41,580 nt of DNA, from assembly GCF_001194135.2 (NCBI RefSeq), contig NC_068984.1, positions 134,101,098 to 134,142,677 on the forward strand, written 5' to 3'. How positions within the stretch are numbered: the stretch's first letter is position 1; each line of letters opens with the position of its first letter. Below the pieces are notes generated by a model, which did not search any database, was not told where the DNA came from, and saw only the letters and a program-made list of their open reading frames with translations. This document shows positions 10,801-23,674 of the stretch, in pieces. Source of the stretch: Octopus bimaculoides (taxonomy: Eukaryota). The position numbers and the translations under genes were made by a program.

Positions 10801-13425
10801 TTATAAACAACACCACTACCCAGTCACATGATTTCTCTTCTTTGTTGCACCTCACATGACCTAAAATATAAACAGCACTTACCTTAATACATTCCAGTCA
10901 TACAATTCTCTACTTATTTTATAACACCTTATAAGACCTAATCACACTTACAACATTTCCTAATTTATTATTCATTAAATTCCTTCCAACTTTTCACATT
11001 GGTTTTTATCAACCCACCTTCCCTTCCCTTCCAAAAGCCCCCCCCCCCCGTGATGTTTCAACATATTAGAGTTACTTTTTTCCTTTCTTTTCTCACTATC
11101 AATACAATCCTAACTTTATGTCAACATTTATTAGTTTGGTGTCAACATTCTGTTGCACTGACTCTGTCACAGTAGCCTTGTCAATGGCCAGTTCTCAGCT
11201 GGTGTGATGAAAATGTTGACACCAAATAATATTTGTTTAAGTAAAGCTAACAGCTTATGTGTGTTTTTGAATGACTAACTACTTTCTATATTGATATGGT
11301 TTTCATTTCAATACAGTCTCAGATCAAATTACTTCCCTGACAAATACACATCTGCTCACAACTGTTGTTTTCACCTTATTTGTTTCTACATTTCGATCAA
11401 TTCAACCATACTATTGTTTTCTCCACAAGGATTATTTCACCGGTTATTTGTAATTATCTTTACTGTTTATTTATTAACATCTATTTTTTTATTCTTTTTT
11501 ATTTTACTTAAGGACTTTTGTGGCAGCAGCAACCCATGCACTGGAGAATCCAGTGCAGTGCACCAAAGAAGACGTAGGGAATCAAATTGAAGAAGACCTG
11601 AAGTCACAGTGCCTTGACCTCGAGCATGCTAAGGCCAGCACTACGGATCAGAAAGTGTGGAATAATATCATTACCAGAGTTCATCATTCAGGGGGCATTC
11701 ACAGCAGACTATTGGATGAGAGGACAGCCTCCCTCTCCAGTTGCCAGTTAGGGATTAAAGATGAAGAAAAGGAGGAGGGGAGCTATCATCAGTGTCAGGT
11801 TGCTTGCAAGTTCAGAGAACCAGGAATCATAAGAATAGCAGTTATAGATACACAATGTTGAGCCAGTCATTCCAGTACGTTAGTGAAAGGTTTGCCAATG
11901 GATCAGATAGTTTTGTGTGTAGATATGGAAGCTTGTGGATGTAGGTTGAATAAGCCTTTTTGTTTATATAAAAAATGGAATATGTTAAGAATTCTGGACA
12001 TGTTTCAGCAGTAGACTGCAAGTAAATGCTGCTGCTTATAAGGCCATTGTCTGCATCTGGTAAACACATGTGAAGACGAAGCAGGAAACACAAATTCACT
12101 CACATATTGGTCTTGGATTTGGTGTGGCCATGGGGAAATATTACTTTGCTTGGGAACAGTTGGGGGTTGACAACAAGAACTGCATCTAGCCATAGAAAAT
12201 CTGCCTCAATAAGTACCATCTGATCCATGCAAGAATGGAAGGGTAGAAGTTAAACAATGATAAAGATAACCACAAACACCCTCATATGATGGGGCTCTTT
12301 CAGTTTCCATCTACCAAATCCACTCATATTGCCTTGGTCAGACAGAGGACTATATGAAAACACATCCAAGGTGTCATGCAGTGGTACTGAAACTTCTTAA
12401 CCACACAACAATGAACTATTTATAGTTTATTAAAAGTAAATTACAGCTAAATATATCTCATGTAAATTATGTCATTTATAAAACAGATGTTGGGCCCCAC
12501 AGAGGGGATGATGGGACTGAGACTCCTGGTGGTTTGTTATGCTTCAGAAAACACATCAAGTTAAGTAAAACCATGGTTGACCTTGCTTACAGGCATGTCC
12601 CTTGCATCCCTCTCCAGGTGAGAGGGACAAATCTTGCAGGCTTGTAGGTGTCGGTGCCATGTAAAAAGCACCCGTACTGGTGCCACATAAACCCACCCAT
12701 GCTGGTGCTGCATAAAAGCACCCAGCACACTTTGTAAAGTGGATGGCATTAGGAAGGGCACCCAGCCATAGAAACCATATCACGACAGACAGTTGGAGCA
12801 TGGGAAGCTTTTCGGCTGGCCACCACCTGTCAAACTGTCCAACTCATGCCAACATGGAAAACAGATGTTAAATGATGACGGTAATGAAATAGTAAATTGG
12901 TTCTGTACTTTGTATTCTTAAAAACTAACTTTTGTTGAATGTACTTTCAATTATGATTAAAACTATAAATACATGAAATATAAGAAACTAACTGAACAAT
13001 TTATGAAAGGAACAACATATTTAATGTTGTCATATAATCTATGAGGAAGTTATATTGCTGTCTTTTCAATGGTCATAATGTTGTTTTGAATGTAGTTTTA
13101 TGTCATCAAAGCTTAAATGCAACCTTTGATCAATATCATGATCAATACGGTGTTATTGATAGAAATGACAATGATCTAATGTAATGGGAGTAGTTTTAGC
13201 TTGTCAATAGATCAAGAGCAAATTAAACATAAAAATCAATTCTGTGGGATGTGAGTCAATAAATGTGAATCAGGTCAGATAACCAAATGATTATTAAACA
13301 GGAAAGAGTGAGAATGTCCTGGCTGTGTGTGTGTACACATATATATACATATATATAAATATATACATATATATATATATACATACATATATAAACATGC
13401 ATACATATATATATATATACATACA

Positions 13426-13458
<33 letters not shown>

Positions 13459-13489
13459 CAGACACACACACACAAACGTATATATATAT

Positions 13490-13520
<31 letters not shown>

Positions 13521-13592
13521 CGTACATATATATACATATATGCATATATATATATATACATACATACATACATATATATACATATATGCATA

Positions 13593-13623
<31 letters not shown>

Positions 13624-14366
13624 GCATATATATATACATACATACATATATGCATATATNNNNNNNNNNNNNNNNNNNNNNNNNNNNNNNNNNNNNNNNN
13701 NNNNNNNNNNNNNNNNNNNNNNNNNNNNNNNNNNNNNNNNNNNNNNNNNNNNNNNNNNNNNNNNNNNNNNNNNNNNNNNNNNNNNNNNNNNNNNNNNNNN
13801 NNNNNNNNNNNNNNNNNNNNNNNNNNNNNNNNNNNNNNNNNNNNNNNNNNNNNNNNNNNNNNNNNNNNNNNNNNNNNNNNNNNNNNNNNNNNNNNNNNNN
13901 NNNNNNNNNNNNNNNNNNNNNNNNNNNNNNNNNNNNNNNNNNNNNNNNNNNNNNNNNNNNNNNNNNNNNNNNNNNNNNNNNNNNNNNNNNNNNNNNNNNN
14001 NNNNNNNNNNNNNNNNNNNNNNNNNNNNNNNNNNNNNNNNNNNNNNNNNNNNNNNNNNNNNNNNNNNNNNNNNNNNNNNNNNNNNNNNNNNNNNNNNNNN
14101 NNNNNNNNNNNNNNNNNNNNNNNNNNNNNNNNNNNNNNNNNNNNNNNNNNNNNNNNNNNNNNNNNNNNNNNNNNNNNNNNNNNNNNNNNNNNNNNNNNNN
14201 NNNNNNNNNNNNNNNNNNNNNNNNNNNNNNNNNNNNNNNNNNNNNNNNNNNNNNNNNNNNNNNNNNNNNNNNNNNNNNNNNNNNNNNNNNNNNNNNNNNN
14301 NNNNNNNNNNNNNNNNNNNNNNNNNNNNNNNNNNNNNNNNNNNNNNNNNNNNNNNNNNNNNNNNNN

Positions 14367-14408
<42 letters not shown>

Positions 14409-17400
14409 ATATATATATATACATACATATATATATGAACCCAGGACCATGTGGTTGGGAAGTAAGCTACTTACCACACAGCCACTCCTGCGCCTATCTC
14501 AACAAAAAACACTTTCAACCTTGATATTCCTCAACAAAAGATAGATTGTTATATAAAACTGCTATCCATTATTAAGAATAATGTAATTTTTGAGTGCTTA
14601 TATCTGATTTCTGCAGTGAAAAGGTTAACCAAAGTCTTTCACTGTTATATTCTATCGAACAATACCATTAACCTGATCTCTTCAGCAATTCTCCATCCCA
14701 TGTGTCTCTTCCTGTTCTGTTTAGAGGATGGACTAAACAGAACAGGAGGAAACGTGGGATGGAGAGTTGCTGAAGAGGTCACAGGATGTACGACAATAGA
14801 TTTCAGACAAAAGACACTAAGATAAGAATAATAATAAAGCAAAAGTGAAAACCAAGTGTATAGGAATGGCTGTGTGGTAAGTAGCTTGCTTACAAACCAC
14901 ATGGTTCCGGGTTCAGTCCCACTGCGTGGCACCTTGGGCAAGTGTCTTCCACTATAGCTTCGGGCCGACCAAAGCCTTGTGAGTCGATTTGATAGACAGA
15001 AACTGAAAGAAGCCCGTCGTATATATGTATATGTACATATGTGTGTGTGTGTTTGTGTGTCAGTGTTTGTCCCTCCCAACATCACTTGACAACCGGTGCT
15101 GGTGTGTTTGCGTCCCCGTAACCTAGCGCTTCGGCAAAAAGAGACCGATAGAATAAGTACTAGGCTTCCAAAGAATAAGCCCTGGGGTCTCAATTTGCTC
15201 GAGTAAAGGCGGTGCTCCAGCATGGCCACAGTCAAATGACTGAAACAAGTAAAAGAGAGTGTGTGTGTGTGGTGGTGGTTGTGGTGGTGGTCGGGGGGGG
15301 GGGGGTTAATTGGCAAAAATATGACCCTCCCCAAATATAACAATATCTGTTCTGACACATGATTTCACAGGAATCTTGCAAAACAAACATATAAACATAA
15401 TACCATTAATATTTACTCAAATCTTTTATTGTAATGTTTTACTAATGCTTCTTTCGCATTTTATTGTAATGCAGTTGTAATATTTTACCTCACACCACAA
15501 CTGAGGATTAACTTTGTGGTTGCCTTCACATCTCCAACAGCAAATAAAATCTTAAGTTACACTTACTTCACATTGCTTGATGCAAGTAATTCCTTGGCTT
15601 TCTTCAGCGGTGTCATCTCCCTTCTGTTTGAGGATGCCTCATTTGCAGGGAATGAATTTTTCATTTCATTTTCAATTATTCTGGTATTTTCTACAAAATA
15701 AATATAAGAGTGTCAAGTATGAAATAAAGTGAAATTTACTGCTATTAATCTTTGATATTAATTAGACATACCTCTGCTACTGCTTATATGCCATAAATTT
15801 GAAGTATTTAGAAAATAAGTGGCAACAGCTGTAGTAGTTGATATTAACAATAGTAGGAGTAGTAATAATAAGGACATCGCTCAGAGTTGTTGATATTCCG
15901 AGTTTGATAAAAAAAAAAAAAGGTGAATTTATCAATGCAAGAAAATAGCTTTTGATTCCTGTCAGACTGTTGCTCTGTATACCAACTACTGCTGGCTATT
16001 CACAGGACAAAATAATTTACTTTTACTTGTTTTAGTTATTGTACTGTGGCCATGCTGGAGCACTCAGTACTTAGGTTTTTAAGTCTAGTACTTATTCTAT
16101 TGTGGAGGCGCAATGGCCCAGTGGTTAGGGCAGCGGACTCGCGGTCGTAGGGTCGCGGTTTCGATTCCCAGACCGGGCGTTGTGTGTGTTTATTGAGCGA
16201 AATACCTAAGCTCCACAAGGCTCCGGCAGGGGGTGGTGCCGACCCCTGTTGTATTCTTTCGCCCCAACTTGGGGTGTAGAAAACTTGAAGAAATACCACA
16301 AGGCCTTCTATTTGATGTTCAAACTCCTCTACCAAATCCAGCAGGTTACACAGTTTCTATCATTCACTATTCTGATGTGACTGAATGTTCTTTCTAATTT
16401 TGACACATGGCCAGGAATTTTGAGAAGAGCAGTTAAGTCAATTATGTGACCGGTGCTTATTTTACTGAAACTGAAAGGATGAAAGGCAAATTTGACCTCA
16501 GATGAATTTGAACTCAGAACACAATGACTAGGAAGAAATACTACAAAGCTTTTTTCTGACACCCTAACAATTTTACCAGCTCCCTGCCTTGATATAGCTG
16601 AATATTTCAAGGTTCACCCAGACATTTAGTCTTTTTAGTAATTCACTACTCCGATATAACATAGCTCATTACTGCAAAGTATTTAATCTGGTACTCAACC
16701 ATTTTTCAGTCACTTTGCATTCTTTTCCTGTCAATTATATCAGATGACCTGCTGTTATTTGAAGTACCTAAAACCATATATAAATCTACCAGCTTTATAA
16801 AACTACAGAAACTAGACTTATTTAATTCATTGTCGGCATTTAATATGCTGTCTATGTTCTAGTTCTCCCTTTATTATTATATTTCTTTGGAAATGAACAA
16901 TGTGTAACCAATGAAATCAACGAAACCAGTCTAACCTGTAAAAAATAATACGTGAATGGAGGAAAAATTGCAACACTAGCCACNNNNNNNNNNNNNNNNN
17001 NNNNNNNNNNNNNNNNNNNNNNNNNNNNNNNNNNNNNNNNNNNNNNNNNNNNNNNNNNNNNNNNNNNNNNNNNNNNNNNNNNNNNNNNNNNNNNNNNNNN
17101 NNNNNNNNNNNNNNNNNNNNNNNNNNNNNNNNNNNNNNNNNNNNNNNNNNNNNNNNNNNNNNNNNNNNNNNNNNNNNNNNNNNNNNNNNNNNNNNNNNNN
17201 NNNNNNNNNNNNNNNNNNNNNNNNNNNNNNNNNNNNNNNNNNNNNNNNNNNNNNNNNNNNNNNNNNNNNNNNNNNNNNNNNNNNNNNNNNNNNNNNNNNN
17301 NNNNNNNNNNNNNNNNNNNNNNNNNNNNNNNNNNNNNNNNNNNNNNNNNNNNNNNNNNNNNNNNNNNNNNNNNNNNNNNNNNNNNNNNNNNNNNNNNNNN

Positions 17401-20400
17401 NNNNNNNNNNNNNNNNNNNNNNNNNNNNNNNNNNNNNNNNNNNNNNNNNNNNNNNNNNNNNNNNNNNNNNNNNNNNNNNNNNNNNNNNNNNNNNNNNNNN
17501 NNNNNNNNNNNNNNNNNNNNNNNNNNNNNNNNNNNNNNNNNNNNNNNNNNNNNNNNNNNNNNNNNNNNNNNNNNNNNNNNNNNNNNNNNNNNNNNNNNNN
17601 NNNNNNNNNNNNNNNNNNNNNNNNNNNNNNNNNNNNNNNNNNNNNNNNNNNNNNNNNNNNNNNNNNNNNNNNNNNNNNNNNNNNNNNNNNNNNNNNNNNN
17701 NNNNNNNNNNNNNNNNNNNNNNNNNNNNNNNNNNNNNNNNNNNNNNNNNNNNNNNNNNNNNNNNNNNNNNNNNNNNNNNNNNNNNNNNNNNNNNNNNNNN
17801 NNNNNNNNNNNNNNNNNNNNNNNNNNNNNNNNNNNNNNNNNNNNNNNNNNNNNNNNNNNNNNNNNNNNNNNNNNNNNNNNNNNNNNNNNNNNNNNNNNNN
17901 NNNNNNNNNNNNNNNNNNNNNNNNNNNNNNNNNNNNNNNNNNNNNNNNNNNNNNNNNNNNNNNNNNNNNNNNNNNNGTGTTAGTATCAAGCGACAGTATT
18001 TGGGCATCATAAGTTAAGGCTGACATGGTTGACTGAACAAAAAAAAATCTATGAAACACTGAATCTATAAATATATATGTATGAGTGTGTATACTTGAGC
18101 CTGTGTTTGTCCACCACCACCACCACCACCACCACTTAACATCCAGTGTTGGGGTGTTTATGTCCCTGTAACTTAGCAGTTTGATAAAAGAGACCAATAG
18201 AATAATTGCCAGGCTCGCAAACAAGGGAGGGGGTCAATTTGTTCAGCTAAAAATTCTTCGAGGTGGTGCCCCAGCATGACCACAGTCTAATGACTGAAAC
18301 AAGTAAAAGATAAAAGAGCACTAACTCAAATGTCTATTACTAAAGACAGAAAAGAAAGGTCTAAATTTAGCTGTATAAAAATCAATGTCTAATAAAAAAA
18401 AAAAAGCAATAAATAACGTAAAGTAAAATCAATCAGATCTAAAAAAAAAAAAAAACCTCTACCAGTTAACAAAAAAAAAAAAAGAGGCTTACTGTTACTA
18501 TGCATATTTAACAATGAGCATATAGAAACACTGAAGAGCCATATGATTTTAAGTTAGTCAGTCCTTGAAAAGATGAAATATATTGATTTATTTATAGATA
18601 CTTCCATATAAAACCTTTGAGAATAAGTGGTACAACATATATAGGCCAATCCTGTTATGAGACAATGACATAACTACAATTGCTCAAAGATATTGTCTAT
18701 CCAAACTGACAAAGGAGATAAAAGTGAACTAAAGAGATAACCTAGTCAAAGACAGAAATGAAAAGCAACACACTGATAAGACATCTTGATCCATTCCAAC
18801 AAAAACATCAGGCAGGAAGAATTCAAGGAATTATTATTTAAGTACAAGGTATTAACCATTATCATTAACAACACAAAAATGTCATTTAATTAGAAAAACA
18901 TTTGAAATATATTTTCAATAAAATGGAATTTGAAATATATTTTCAATAAAATGGAATAATAAAATTACATGGTACTAATACTTGGTTGAATAACCTACAC
19001 TTCTGAAATTGGAAGAAAATCTATGAATCACTGAATCACATTTAGTTTCATCTATTCCTTTCTTTTTTGCCATATAATCACTCGATTCACAGAGTTTCCT
19101 GGATTTCCTTTGTTAAATACCCAGGGTCACTCATTTCCATAAATTTTCTGTTGAATTTATTCCCAATAGGCGTAGGAGTGGCTGTGTGGTAAGTAGCTTG
19201 CTTACCAACCACATGGTTCCGGGTTCAGTCCCACTGCATGGCACATTGGGCAAGTGTCTTCTACTCTAGCCTCGGGCCGACCCAAGCCTCGGGCCGACCC
19301 AAGCCTCGTGATTCAGCATGGTTTTCTATGACTGGATGCCCTTTCTAATGCCAACCACTCCAAGAGTGTAATGGCTGCTTTTATATGCCACCGGCATGGG
19401 TGCCAATTTGTGTGACACCAGTATCTGCCATGACTGCAATTTTGCTCAGCTTGATGGGTCTTCTTTTCAAGCACAACATAATGCCAAAGGTTTTGGTCAT
19501 TGCCTCCATGAGACCCATGCTGCATAAAAGCACCCAGTACACTCTGTAAAGTGCTTGGCATTAGGAATGGCATCCAGCTATAGAAACCAAGCCTAAACAT
19601 GACTAGAACCTAGTGCAGCTCTCAGACAGTTTGTCCAACCCATGCTAGCATGGAAAATAGATGCTAAATGAAGATGATGATGATATATATATATATAAAT
19701 TAAGCAGAAAATGGAGAAAATTTTGATCAACAAACAAATTATTATTATTTTTAATAAGTAATTTATACTGGTTGTAATAACAGATATTCTTATCCCTTAG
19801 ACGGTTATTCCAACCGCTAACTCTACTTACCTTATATAGTAATACCAGACAAGCCACCCATACCTGGATACAACTCGCTCAATAAGAACTCACTACTTGA
19901 ATGGACCATAAACAAAACTTGACTGTAAAAAGGATTTAGATAATCCTATTAGGTTGTGCTATTAAGTTAGACATGGCCTGGACCAATCTTTGGTTGAAAC
20001 ATATCTAAGTTTATATATATATATATATATATTCAGTATGTACTTTACTATAGGGCTTTCCTATAAGGTGTTATCCACCCCTGATTGGAACTCTCCCGTA
20101 TGACATGTACGCATGCTCAGTGACTTGCTTTAACAGTTGCAATCAGCTGAATGCACATTGCCAGTGACATTTGACATAATTACCCACACTCTGTGGTCAG
20201 GATTCTTTTTTTGGTTTGATGTCGGTNNNNNNNNNNNNNNNNNNNNNNNNNNNNNNNNNNNNNNNNNNNNNNNNNNNNNNNNNNNNNNNNNNNNNNNNNN
20301 NNNNNNNNNNNNNNNNNNNNNNNNNNNNNNNNNNNNNNNNNNNNNNNNNNNNNNNNNNNNNNNNNNNNNNNNNNNNNNNNNNNNNNNNNNNNNNNNNNNN

Positions 20401-23400
20401 NNNNNNNNNNNNNNNNNNNNNNNNNNNNNNNNNNNNNNNNNNNNNNNNNNNNNNNNNNNNNNNNNNNNNNNNNNATTCCTGTCTGAAGTATCATCCGATA
20501 CTTCAGAATTATCGTCCGATGAATTTACTTTGTTGACATTCTTCATCGACAGAATTTTTATTCCTTTCAACCTTTCAGTCAAGTCCGCCTTTCTTCCAGT
20601 AACATACTGTCCATATAATCTTAAATATTTCTTTAACTAAGGCACAGTAAGTACTTCGATAGCTGAATCATCAAGCTGCTTTATATCCATGATAAGATGT
20701 AAAACAATAACAATGGCGTGGGTAGCCTCCGGAAGTTTAATTATCTACATGGAGCGCCGCCTAGCCAAGGGAGATAACCTACTTATAGGAAAGCCCTATA
20801 ACTTTGCTAATTGCATTGGGTTTTTTAAACTCAATATATATAATTCTATTACTCAATTGTCTGTGATATTCATATATATTTTACATAACTGTTGGTTCTA
20901 CTGATATCTTGGTTGCTAGACTTCAAATTAATATTTGACATGTTTTGTTTATTTTATGGCTTCTCAAAATAGCTAAAATATGCTTGAAATGAACTACTTA
21001 GATAATTAGTGTTTGTATTTTCTTTCCTTTTCTTTGCTTCCTATTACTATATTTTTGTTGGATATACAAACACTACTAAATTTCTTTTTTATTAGAAATT
21101 CATAAAAATGATATGTTTATATGTTGTTCCCTGAAATTCCTGTATAATTAGTGTTCTGTAGTTCCATGTTCATTATGTGAATAATAACAGGAATTATTCA
21201 GACAATCTGTATCTTTAGTAAAGGCACCTGATTCAGTAGTTAGAGCATTGGGCTCACAATCATGAGGTAGTAAGTTCGATTCCCAGACTAGGCTCTGTGT
21301 TGTGTCCTTGAGCAAGACACTTTATTTCCTGTTGTTCCTGCTCACTCAGCTGTAGAGATGAGTTGCGACATCACTGATGCCAAGCTGTATCGGCCTTTGC
21401 GTTTCTCTTGGATAACATCAGTGGTGTAGAGAGGGCAGATTGGTGTGAATGGGCAACTGCTGGTCTTCCATAAACAATTTTGCCCAGAGTTGTGCCTTGG
21501 TGGGGAAGTTTCTGGGTGCAATCCCATGGTCATTCATGACTGAATGGGGTCTTTACTTTTATGTATCTTTATCTTTAGAAAATTATTTGAAAAACAGAAC
21601 TAAATATAAACCTTTAATCAACCCTGAAAGGATGAAAGGCAAAGTCGATCTCGGCAGAATTTGAACTCAAAACGTAGGAAGCAGGTAAGGCTTGGCAACA
21701 TGAAGGGCAACCACTTGCAGAAAATCTGCTTCAACAAATCCTGTCTGATTCATGCAAATAAGAAAAAGCAGTTGCAAAAATGATGAAGATGATGCATACA
21801 TAACAAAGTATAGTTTTTCTCTCCTCCATTTCTTTTTTCTTCTCTCCATCTGTTTTCTCTCCTCATTCCATTTTGTAGAAGAGTGTAGACTCTTCTATTT
21901 TCCCTGAGTGCCAAATTAATACACCTGGTTTGTTGTTCTCTCACCTGTCTCTGTGTTTTGTATAATTTAGAACCATATATCTTTTATCTTTTACTTGTTT
22001 CAGTCATTGGACCGTGGCCATGCTTCAGCATTGCCTGGAGGAATTCTAGTTGAATGAATCAGTATTTATATTTTTAAAACCCCAGTACTTATTTTTTTAG
22101 TAGGTATTCTATTGGTCTCTTTTGCCAAACCACTAGCTAATAGGGAAGTAAATGAACCAACACTAGTTGTCAAGCATTGGTAGTGGGTAGGTGACACACA
22201 GACATACAGATACACATATGATAGGGCCTCCTTCAGTTTCCATCTACCAAATCCACTCACAAGGCTTTGATCAGCCTAAGGCTGTAGAAGAAGACACTTA
22301 CTCAAAGTGTCACACAGTGGGACTGAACCCAGAACCATGCAGTTGGAAAGCACATTTCTTACCACACAGCCACACCTGTGCCTCTATATACTGCATTTAT
22401 TTGTGTGTGTGTGTGTGTGTATGTGTGTGTGTGTGTACGTGTGTACGTGCATGTGTGTGTGCATGTGTACATGCATGCGTGTGTGTGTGATGGTATTTCA
22501 ATATTTAAAAAAACTTGGCCAATTCATAACAACAGCTAAACTTAATTTCATCAAAATTTGACCTCTGAATCAGGATCTTTACCCCAACCTCAAATTTTAA
22601 CTGATTTCTATTATATCAATAAACACCTGTTGTTGGAATTAATACATCAGTCATCCCGACTAATTTAACCTTACTCTATCAATGGCAAACAATTAAATAT
22701 AATCATAATCCATTTATTAAAAAATATCAATAATTTTTAACAGCTGTAACCTACAAACATGTTCACAAAATCAACATGCCTTTAAATAAACTGTTAACAA
22801 TTTTTACAAAAGCCCAGCACAAGTAGACTGTCAACTTTTAATATAATAAACATGTAAATCCAGTTTTATATTGGATAATATTTGAACGATGTAAAATATA
22901 TTTTCAATGCTTTACAAGTCATACACACACATACATATATATATAATCTTGTGTAAGAATAATAAATTTGTACTCTACAAAAATATAGAGTAACCCACTA
23001 GATTAATGTAAAATTATTTTTATTATAACTGAACATTAAAAACAATATACATACATATACACACATTCTTATATATATATATATGTATGTATATGATATG
23101 GGAGGTTTTGGTATCCAGAAGACCCAATATGGCAGGTAAGGCTATGTAAGTGCTACGGAAGGACCATAGTTAGACTCCCGGTTCGAAAATAGCATGAGTG
23201 AGGAGTCTAATGCAGGTCTTGTGTGAGCATGTATATGTTAAATAAAATAAGACAACAAAGCAAAGGTAGTGTGAAATTTCTAGGACATTTATAAAGAGAA
23301 AGGTAGGCTTACAGCTGTTTCAGGGATATGAGGGATATCCCTTCATCAGAGATGATATGAGAGAACTAAGCAGAGGGAAATAGTAGGGTTCTTATATTGA

Positions 23401-23612
23401 ACTCTACTATTTCCTTCTATTCAACTCTCTCATATCGTCTTTGATGAAAGGATATCCATAATATCCCAGAAACAGCTGTAAAGATCCTAGAAATTTCATA
23501 CTGCATTGGCTTTGTTGTCTCATTTTATTTAACATATACATATATGTATATGCATGTGTGTGTACACACACACTTATACACATATATATTTATATCACAG
23601 ATCTATCTATCT

Positions 23613-23674
<62 letters not shown>

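Noticed and set aside
11995-12065. GAAACAUGUC hammerhead-like 3' half on the minus strand
   Set aside because: There is no CUGANGA core and no matching stem I upstream.
16104-16180. tRNA gene
   Set aside because: It has A and B boxes but no proper acceptor-stem closure and continues into a SINE body.
18901-18957. 29 bp perfect tandem duplication
   Set aside because: An ordinary slippage duplication in AT-rich intron; similar cases occur at about 9820-9870 and 19269-19310.
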